Shown: in pieces, positions 25,679 to 32,000 of the stretch | Layout of the letters: every line of letters starts with the position of its first letter | Position numbering within the stretch: position 1 is the first letter of the stretch | NCBI RefSeq assembly: GCF_000025505.1 | Contig: NC_013849.1 | Span: forward strand, 570,001-602,000 | DNA length: 32,000 nt | Source of the DNA: Ferroglobus placidus DSM 10642 | Lineage (GTDB): Archaea > Halobacteriota > Archaeoglobi > Archaeoglobales > Archaeoglobaceae | Reading direction: 5' to 3' | Notes under the pieces: generated by a model | Seen by the model: only the letters and a program-made list of their open reading frames with translations | The model's database searches: none | What the model was told of the DNA's origin: nothing | Program-made: the position numbers and the translations under genes

Positions 25679-26811
25679 CTTTATTTTTAGTAGTTTTTGC
25701 ATTATCCGTTGCCTCGGCATATGTGCCGTATTTTCCTGTGAAGGTTTACCCTTCAAATCCCGATAATGGCACAGTAGTTTACGTTTCCGTTGAAAACACC
25801 GGAGGTTACGGGAAGTATTGCATTTTCAGCTGGTATCACAATAACCAGCTGGTTCAGCAAAACAAAATTGAGATTACCGGAAGTTCAGCGGAAGATTATA
25901 GAATAGTCACCTACGGAAGCTGGAGAGTGAGAGTGGACGTTTACGACTATTACGATCAGCTGATAAACTTCACCGAAGTTTCATTTGCAGTTATACTTTA
26001 TCAAGCTCCGGTGGTAGATTTTACTTTTTCACCTCAAAATCCCGAGGCTGGAGATGTTGTAGAGTTTGACGCTTCAGCAAGCTACGATCCTGATGGAGGA
26101 GATATTGCTGAATACTCTTGGGATTTCGGTGATGGGGCAACGATAACAACAGGTGATCCAGTGGTCACGCACATATACGCTGAAGAAGGTGAGTACGTGG
26201 TTACGCTTAAAGTAACAGATGACGAAGGAGTATCTTCCGAAATTTCGAAGACTGTTAGAGTCGTTGCTACTCCGACACCCACGCCAACACCAACTCCAAC
26301 TCCGACACCAACCGCAACGCCAGAAGTTACGCCAACTCCAACACCGACTCCAACTCCGATGGAGACTGTAACGCCAACTCCAACACCGGCAGAGGAGACA
26401 CCCACGCCAACTCCTACTCCAACCCCAACTCCGACACCCACATCATCAACATCAGGTGGATTTTCTGGAAGTGGAGGCGGTGGAGGAAGCTATACTACCA
26501 CGCCAACTCCGACACCAACTCCATCTCCCACACAATCTCCTACTCCAACCCCAACACCAAAGATCACGCAAACTCCAGCACCTACTTCGACTCCAACGCC
26601 AACTCCAACAGCTACGCCGGAAGCAACACCAACCGCTGAAATAGTTAAAACTGAAACCCCCAAACCGGAAAAAGCGCAGGAGAAACCAACTCCAACGCCT
26701 TTCAATGAAAGCAAAGAAATCCCCGTGAGAGAAGAGAAGAAACGAATTCCCGCTTTAGAAGCACTGTACGCGTTGCTGCTAATTGTTGCGGTAGCTTTGC
26801 TGAGAAGGTAG
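25651..26811 (+). CDS. Surface protein: CARDB-like + PKD domain + long Thr/Pro linkers + C-terminal TM anchor
   Basis: '[74 protein letters not shown]' is a PKD domain; TPTPTP repeats; C-terminal [18 protein letters not shown]. Confidence 0.85.
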   Translation: MAVGRKTILTLFLVVFALSVASAYVPYFPVKVYPSNPDNGTVVYVSVENTGGYGKYCIFSWYHNNQLVQQNKIEITGSSAEDYRIVTYGSWRVRVDVYDYYDQLINFTEVSFAVILYQAPVVDFTFSPQNPEAGDVVEFDASASYDPDGGDIAEYSWDFGDGATITTGDPVVTHIYAEEGEYVVTLKVTDDEGVSSEISKTVRVVATPTPTPTPTPTPTPTATPEVTPTPTPTPTPMETVTPTPTPAEETPTPTPTPTPTPTPTSSTSGGFSGSGGGGGSYTTTPTPTPTPSPTQSPTPTPTPKITQTPAPTSTPTPTPTATPEATPTAEIVKTETPKPEKAQEKPTPTPFNESKEIPVREEKKRIPALEALYALLLIVAVALLRR

Positions 26812-27654
26812 TCAGTAAATCAGCCTTTGTATCGGCAGAATGAGTATGTCCTTGGCTCCAATTCTTTTTAACTCCTCAACCACCTCGAGTAACCTGTCTT
26901 CGTGGATAACAACATGAACAGCCATCATTCCGTCAGCGTCAACCTTCATTATCGTCGGTCCCTTCAGTCCGGGGGCAACTTTTTTCACTTCTTCAAGCCT
27001 GCTTTCGTGGACGTTCATCATCAAATAAACCATTCCCCTCGCGTTTATCACGCTTTGCAAAGCCGTAATTAAAGCTTTGACGTGGAAGTTCTCTTTCTCC
27101 TTTTTGTTCACTATCAGAACAGCCTCAGTTTCAAGAACCTCCTCAACAACTTCGAGCCCGTTCATTCTAAGAGTTGTGCCGGTGGAAGTTAAGTCGAGGA
27201 TTGCATCGGCAACGCCAATAGCTGGAGCGTTTTCGCAGGCTCCGCTGACTTTTATTATCTCAACGTTAACTCCCTTCTCGGAGAAAAACTTTTTCGCAAT
27301 GTTCTCGAATTCCGTAGCAACTCTTTTTCCTTCGAGATCTCTTAAGCTTTTTATCCCGGAATCTCTCGGAGCCGCAACAACAAGCTTAGCCTTCCCAAAT
27401 CCGAGTTTTAAAGCTACATCAACGTCGAATCCGCTCTCAACAACTATGTCGTAGCCAGTAATTCCAGCCTGAGCGGCGTTCATGTAAACGTACTCTGGAA
27501 TGTCTCTCGCTCTCGCGAAGAGAATCTTTATGTTCTCGTTGTTCGTGTTGGCTATAAGCTTTCTGTCTTCGCTCTCCACTTTTATTCCAGCTTCTCTCAG
27601 CATTTCCATAGCCGGAGAGCTTAGCCTTCCCTTGTTTGGCACGGCTATTATCAT
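26812..27654 (-). CDS. hisG: ATP phosphoribosyltransferase
   Basis: [24 protein letters not shown]..., '[37 protein letters not shown]', long-form C-terminal domain. Confidence 0.95.
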   Translation of the reverse strand: [280 protein letters not shown]

Positions 27655-27707
27655 TGAAATTGAAGTTGGGGGAATAGCTTTAAAACTTTTTCAAGTTAAA
27701 GAATTGT

Positions 27708-28106
27708 ATGAAAGTAAGCGAAGCACCGAAAACCTCTACCTCCATTATAGTCAGAAGTGCCGCCAACGCGAGAGTTTCCCAGTCGAAGAACCCTTTTTTG
27801 GAGCTAATGAGAAGGGTGTTCAGAAAGGAGGAAGTTGCGCTAAAAGCCGTGAAGTTCGTTACGATGATAGAAGAGAGGCAGAAAAGCGGAAAACCGCTTA
27901 GAGTTGAAGAGTGGGAGGAAATAATGAAGGAGCTGGGAATGAATCGATCCTCTTTTTATTCTATGCGAAACAAACTGCTCGGAGCCGGAATGATATCTAT
28001 AAGAAACGGAGAGTACAGGCTTTCGGGAGCTTTTAGCAAGGATCTCGTTGACATGGCGAGGTGGTGGTGGACGGCAGTTCTGGGAAATGATCCGGAAACG
28101 CTATAA
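27708..28106 (+). CDS. Small winged-helix-like DNA-binding protein
   Basis: '[43 protein letters not shown]' HTH-like. Confidence 0.5.
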   Translation: MKVSEAPKTSTSIIVRSAANARVSQSKNPFLELMRRVFRKEEVALKAVKFVTMIEERQKSGKPLRVEEWEEIMKELGMNRSSFYSMRNKLLGAGMISIRNGEYRLSGAFSKDLVDMARWWWTAVLGNDPETL

Positions 28107-28144
28107 TTCGCTAAGGTTTTAAGGGTAAGCGGCGAGATGAGTTT

Positions 28145-28438
28145 ATGAAAGTCGCAATTCCAACGGACGACGGTGTTAGAGTTTCGGAGCATTTCGGCAG
28201 AGCAAAATTCGTTTACATAACCGACGGAAAGGAAAGCAAGTTAGTAGAAAATCCCCACGTGCCTAAGAGAGGTCACAAAGCTCTACCAAGGCTTTTGAAA
28301 GAGGAAGGTGTTGAAGTGGTTTTTGCGAAACACGTGGGAGAGGGAATGAGAGAAAATTTGAAGGAGTTCGGGATAAGAGTGGAGATAGTGGGAGAGGATG
28401 AGATCTCAAAGCTCGTCGATCGCCTTAAGAGTTCTTGA
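28145..28438 (+). CDS. Dinitrogenase iron-molybdenum cofactor biosynthesis domain protein (NifX/NifB-like)
   Basis: MKVAIPTDDGVRVSEHFGRAKFVYI...EGVEVVFAKHVGEGMRENLKEFGIRV. Confidence 0.85.
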   Translation: MKVAIPTDDGVRVSEHFGRAKFVYITDGKESKLVENPHVPKRGHKALPRLLKEEGVEVVFAKHVGEGMRENLKEFGIRVEIVGEDEISKLVDRLKSS

Positions 28439-29537
28439 AGAGCTGATAAAGATCGACACGAGAAACCCTCCGGGGAGAACGAGCGAAGCTGTCGACTTCC
28501 TTGAGAACGTTTTTTCGAGCTACGAAACGAGAGTTTACGAAGCTGAAGAGGGCAAGGAGAACCTTGTGGTCGAAATAAGCAAAGGGAAGAAAACTCTGAT
28601 GTTTAACTCGCACCTCGACACGGTTCCGGCGAAGGGGATCCTTTTAAATCCTGTTTTCGTTGACGGAAAGGTTTACGGAAGAGGTAGCTGCGACGCTAAA
28701 GGGTGCGTCGCTGCAATTGTGGAAGCTTTCCTGAACTTCGAACCGGAAGTTGGAGTAAAGCTGAGCTTCACGGCTGACGAGGAGGTTGGTGGAAAGCTCG
28801 GCTTAGACTACGTTCTTGAAAAAGAAAGAGCTGATTATGTAATAGTCTCTGAGCCTTTCGGCAGCGACAGCATTGGAGTAGCTCAGGCGAAGGTTTATTC
28901 AGTGGATGTGATTGTGAAGGGAAGCTCCGGACATACAGCTTCGGCGGACGTTAAAAGAGGAGCGATTTACAAAGCTTCAAAACTAATAGTAAGTGCGGTG
29001 GATTTCTTCAGCTCGATTGACAGAAGAGACCTCGAAAGTCTTCAAAAACTCCTTGAAGTTCCGGTGGAGATAAGAGGGAGAGGTGTTGCAGCATTTAATC
29101 CGGCGATAATAGAGGGAGGAGTTAAGAGAAACGTCGTCGCTGAGAAATGCGTAATAAAAGCTGATGTAAGGATGATGCCTTGGATTAGCGAAGAAGAAAT
29201 TTTCTCGAAGCTAATCGATAAAGATGTCGAGCTTATTGTTCAGGGAGTTCTGAAACCTTACGGAATAAGCTTCGACGGAGTCGATTTGAACGAGGATCTA
29301 AAATTTTTCGAAATTATAAAAAGTTCGATAGCTTCCTTCGGCTTAAAACCCAAAGCCACCGTCTCTCTCGGCGTGGGAGATATAAGACATGCGAGAAAAA
29401 GGGGAATTCCAGCTTTTTACCTCGGTCCTAAAGGAGAAAATCTGCACGCCGACGATGAATTCGTTTACATCGACGAGATTTTTAGAGTTGCGAAAATCTA
29501 CAGAAAAATTGCCGAGAAGCTTGCCGAGATCACTTGA
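28398..29537 (+). CDS. M20 family metallopeptidase/deacylase (ArgE/DapE-like)
   Basis: KTLMFNSHLDTVPA, VYGRGSCDAKGCVAA, SFTADEEVGGKLGLDYVL, SLGVGDIRHARKRGIPAFYLGPKG. Confidence 0.9.
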   Translation: MRSQSSSIALRVLEELIKIDTRNPPGRTSEAVDFLENVFSSYETRVYEAEEGKENLVVEISKGKKTLMFNSHLDTVPAKGILLNPVFVDGKVYGRGSCDAKGCVAAIVEAFLNFEPEVGVKLSFTADEEVGGKLGLDYVLEKERADYVIVSEPFGSDSIGVAQAKVYSVDVIVKGSSGHTASADVKRGAIYKASKLIVSAVDFFSSIDRRDLESLQKLLEVPVEIRGRGVAAFNPAIIEGGVKRNVVAEKCVIKADVRMMPWISEEEIFSKLIDKDVELIVQGVLKPYGISFDGVDLNEDLKFFEIIKSSIASFGLKPKATVSLGVGDIRHARKRGIPAFYLGPKGENLHADDEFVYIDEIFRVAKIYRKIAEKLAEIT

Positions 29538-30231
29538 GAAATATAACGTTGCCTCTCCCTTTCTTGTACTTCTCTATAATCCCTCTCCTTTCCAGATCCG
29601 CAAGCATTAAACTAAGCTTAGCTTCGCTAACTCCGAGCCTTTCCCTCAGCTCTTTTTGAGTTATCCTTCCTCCGGCAGCTTTAATCTCTTCAACGACCCT
29701 CTTCAAATCTTCTGGAAGTTCTTCTCGTATTTCCTCCTCTTTCGCTCTTTTCATTCTCAACGCAAAGTAAAAAATCGGAGCCGCTAATAGGAGCAGAGAG
29801 TAATAAATCGTGACATCTTTTTCCTCTTTCACCTCGACTTCTTCGAAGGTTATGTTCCCGAGCTTCGGCTCCTCTATCTCTATAACTGGCACGAGCAGCA
29901 AATCTATTCTGTAAACACCTTCCTTCACGACAGTGACGTTCTCCTCAGCCATCATCACGAGTTCTCCGTCTTCATAATACTTAGCCACGATCTTGTAACT
30001 TCCCGGAGTAACGTTGAAAGAGTAACTTCCGTCCTTGCTCAAAATCTTCTGCTCCGGAGTTGTGTTTATTTCTACAATAACGTTCGAAAGAGGCTCGAAA
30101 TTTTCCCAGGAGTAGACTTTACCCTCTATGATCGCAGCTGAGGACAATTTTATTAAAAGTAGAAATAGCAAACTAAATTTCAAAGCTTTCGAGATCGTCT
30201 GGAAAGCTCGCATCGACACCATGTTTCTCAA
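29530..30231 (-). CDS. Membrane protein with extracytoplasmic Ig/CarboxypepD-reg-like domain and cytoplasmic winged helix
   Basis: Signal/TM, 'VYSWENFEPLSNVIVEINTTPEQKILSKDGSYSFNVTPGSYKIVAKYY', TM, C-terminal 'ITQKELRERLGVSEAKLSLMLADLERRGIIEKYKKGRGNVIFLK'. True start probably downstream of 30231. Confidence 0.75.
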   Translation of the reverse strand: MRNMVSMRAFQTISKALKFSLLFLLLIKLSSAAIIEGKVYSWENFEPLSNVIVEINTTPEQKILSKDGSYSFNVTPGSYKIVAKYYEDGELVMMAEENVTVVKEGVYRIDLLLVPVIEIEEPKLGNITFEEVEVKEEKDVTIYYSLLLLAAPIFYFALRMKRAKEEEIREELPEDLKRVVEEIKAAGGRITQKELRERLGVSEAKLSLMLADLERRGIIEKYKKGRGNVIFLK

Positions 30232-30862
30232 CGAACTCTTTTATTTTACTTCTATTTTCGTAAGCTTCCGGATACATGTGAACGAAGTAAGCTTTTTTTA
30301 CTCTCGCATTCTCCACGAAGTTTTCTGGAGTCGTGTGGTCTACAGCTTTATATCCGAAGTTCAGAGACATTTCGTGAATCGCTATTTCTACATCTTCGTA
30401 GAGTTCGGGAAAGCTTCTAGTGTCTCCGCTTATCAGCAAATTCTCTATTTTGTAGGCGTAGTTGATTATCGCGTGCTTTCCTTCTCTCACTTCGAACTTC
30501 ATCGAGCCGAATTTTGGCTTATCCTTCGTTACAACCTTCACTTTTGTTCTCAAATAAGGGTACGCTTCTAAAACAGCTTCGAGATTTTCTTTCGCAAATG
30601 GAGCAAAAAGATCGATTTTTTCGTCGCTCTCAAGCCACCTCGCTTTCAAAATCCCTATGAGTTCTCCGCAGTGATCTGTGTGAAAGTGGGTGATTAGTAT
30701 TGCGTCCAAATCCGAGGGAGAGTAGCCAGCCTCCTCCAGCCTGAGCATGCATCCGAATCCGCAATCGACGAGAATGAGCTTGTCGTCTTCGATGAGCAAG
30801 CTGCTCTGGGCTTTTTTAGCGAGAGGTACAGCTACGCCAGTGCCAAGAAATGTGACCTTCAT
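30173..30862 (-). CDS. MBL-fold metallo-hydrolase (RNase Z-like)
   Basis: VTFLGTGVAVPLAKKAQSSLLI, ITHFHTDHCGELIG, metal-binding H/D pattern. Confidence 0.88.
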   Translation of the reverse strand: MKVTFLGTGVAVPLAKKAQSSLLIEDDKLILVDCGFGCMLRLEEAGYSPSDLDAILITHFHTDHCGELIGILKARWLESDEKIDLFAPFAKENLEAVLEAYPYLRTKVKVVTKDKPKFGSMKFEVREGKHAIINYAYKIENLLISGDTRSFPELYEDVEIAIHEMSLNFGYKAVDHTTPENFVENARVKKAYFVHMYPEAYENRSKIKEFVEKHGVDASFPDDLESFEI

Positions 30863-32000
30863 GCTTTAAGCTTTAGGAATTCCCATATAAATTCTTTCGT
30901 TTCCGGTGATGGAGTTATCACTCTTTTCACGACTCCGCTTCTTATTTTCTCCCCCACGTCAGCTCCCAGAGATTTCCAGTGATTCCTTATGCAATCTCTA
31001 ATAGCTTCGTCAGCTTGAGTGTATTTTCTCCTAACGTAAGTTACGTACTTTCCATCCTCGAAAAAGTGCTTGTATTCTCTCTCTTTCTTTATAAACCTCA
31101 TAGCATGCTCGTAAACCTCGAAGGGTGGTCCGAAGTGCTTTTTAATTTTACCAAGCCTTTCAAAGGCTGTCTCTACGTAAATTAAGCAAGTGTCGTCTTT
31201 CACGAAGTGCCCGGTTTTTATTACTTCAAAATCGTTGTTTTCCAAAAACTCGGAAATTTTTCTGCAAGCTCTTTCAAGCTGAGGATATAGGTTGTCTTCA
31301 ACGATTGCCGGCTTTTCAAAGCTTATCTCGTAAACAAATCTACTTTCAAGCTCTTTTTCGAGCTTTTCATCGTTTATCTTCTCTCTTTCTGGATAAAAGA
31401 ACTCTTTGGATGGATTTTCTATGAAGAGTCTGCACTTCTCGACGAATTTAGCCAGGTTGTCAACGCTTAAATTTGCTGCCACGTTTCTCTTCTCGTCAAC
31501 CGGATCGACGACGAAGATGTTCTTCAATCCCTTTTTTCTGTAAACTTTTCCCTTCGCAACGTCTATCACCAAATCCCTTCTCCATTTTGCAGCTTCTTTA
31601 ACGAGGTTTTCGAAGCTTCCGTAGAAAACTACGAGCAGCTCGCAGAGGTAGCCGGAGAAGCCTCTCACTTTGTACTCGGCTCCGTATAAATTCGAAGCTT
31701 TCAGGAACCTTTTCAAAAGCCTGACGTCGTTTTCTTTTCCTTTTATCCTATCTTTGAGCCACTCGTGGTGAAAAGGAGTCCTGTCAACTGCACTTTTAAT
31801 TTTCTCGGCGCTTCTCAGCTTGTAGCATGGAACGACGTCTGCTTCAACTCCTAAAACTTTACCGTGAACGTAAGGATGTGCAGCGTATCTCAACTCAAAC
31901 TCGTCGAGAACGCTCTTTCCGATTTCAAGCCCGATTCTTTCAAGTTCCTCTTCAGTGTAGCTTTCGGGAAAGAGAACGAAAACGTCTATCTCCAAACTTT
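30859..32000 (-). CDS. cca: CCA-adding enzyme (archaeal class I tRNA nucleotidyltransferase), N-terminus beyond window edge
   Basis: EIDVFVLFPES...YAAHPYVHGKVLGVEADVVPCYKL...AVDRTPFHHEWL...VRLLKRFLKASNLYGAEYKVRGFSGYLCELL; tracked Met at 31995 lies inside the catalytic motif, so the gene continues past 32000. Confidence 0.93.
   Translation of the reverse strand, partial: SLEIDVFVLFPESYTEEELERIGLEIGKSVLDEFELRYAAHPYVHGKVLGVEADVVPCYKLRSAEKIKSAVDRTPFHHEWLKDRIKGKENDVRLLKRFLKASNLYGAEYKVRGFSGYLCELLVVFYGSFENLVKEAAKWRRDLVIDVAKGKVYRKKGLKNIFVVDPVDEKRNVAANLSVDNLAKFVEKCRLFIENPSKEFFYPEREKINDEKLEKELESRFVYEISFEKPAIVEDNLYPQLERACRKISEFLENNDFEVIKTGHFVKDDTCLIYVETAFERLGKIKKHFGPPFEVYEHAMRFIKKEREYKHFFEDGKYVTYVRRKYTQADEAIRDCIRNHWKSLGADVGEKIRSGVVKRVITPSPETKEFIWEFLKLKA

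Noticed and set aside
26274-26720. Apparent short tandem repeats that could suggest a CRISPR or satellite array, plus antisense VGVGVGV ORFs (26082..26441, 26490..26714)
   Set aside because: In-frame Thr-Pro codon repeats of the PKD surface protein; no conserved repeat/spacer structure.
27077-27454. 125-aa plus-strand ORF opposite hisG, and 27500..27901
   Set aside because: Shadows of hisG and the flanking region; hisG conservation fully explains the sequence.
28398-28438. 41-nt overlap of the NifX-like and M20 peptidase genes as a possible fusion or frameshift
   Set aside because: Both proteins look complete and independent; overlapping genes with close M20 start are ordinary here.
30173-30231. 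59-nt overlap between the membrane wHTH gene and the MBL-fold gene
   Set aside because: More likely the longer start (MRNMVSMRAFQTISKALKF...) is over-extended; an internal Met/alternative start upstream of the signal peptide would remove or reduce the overlap.
1-32000. Possible defence system, prophage or CRISPR-Cas locus
   Set aside because: No Cas, restriction, toxin-antitoxin, phage structural or repeat-spacer signatures seen; the accessory content is the cytochrome cluster and one IS.

Overview
Archaeal window, most likely from an Archaeoglobales/Ferroglobus- or Geoglobus-type Fe(III)-respiring hyperthermophile (inferred from gene content and style; no database search was possible). Its core, about 3.96-25.2 kb, is a dense extracellular multiheme c-type cytochrome locus. 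It holds five small secreted cytochromes (4, 5, 4, 4 and 7-8 heme motifs) and three giant ones (1732, 1642 and 1864 aa). By direct reading the locus encodes 108 canonical CXXCH motifs plus 10 non-canonical ones (CX1CH, CX3CH, CX4CH, CX5CH, CXXCK). The main new observation is that the giants follow one modular plan: 7 N-terminal motifs + 6n + a 6-motif terminal cap. This gives 37, 31 and 25 motifs (n=4, 3, 2). The final motif is CX4CH or CX5CH in all three. The locus also shows patchy near-perfect nucleotide repeats between paralogues, a ~326-aa non-heme domain inserted between two heme motifs of the third giant, and an Asp-box (BNR-like) secreted protein gene between two giants. A 1214-bp IS element (ISA1214-like, 9-bp direct repeat) lies directly next to the promoter of the first small cytochrome. 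Upstream is a partial CARDB-type surface protein, a small wHTH/TM gene split by a -1 frame change exactly at two tandem A_AAA_AAG slippery heptamers, a signal peptidase I and a membrane protein. Downstream are a lipoprotein, a PKD/Thr-Pro surface protein, hisG, a wHTH protein, a NifX/NifB-like protein, an M20 peptidase, a membrane wHTH protein, an MBL-fold hydrolase and a CCA-adding enzyme truncated by the window edge. No CRISPR array or RNA gene was recognised.
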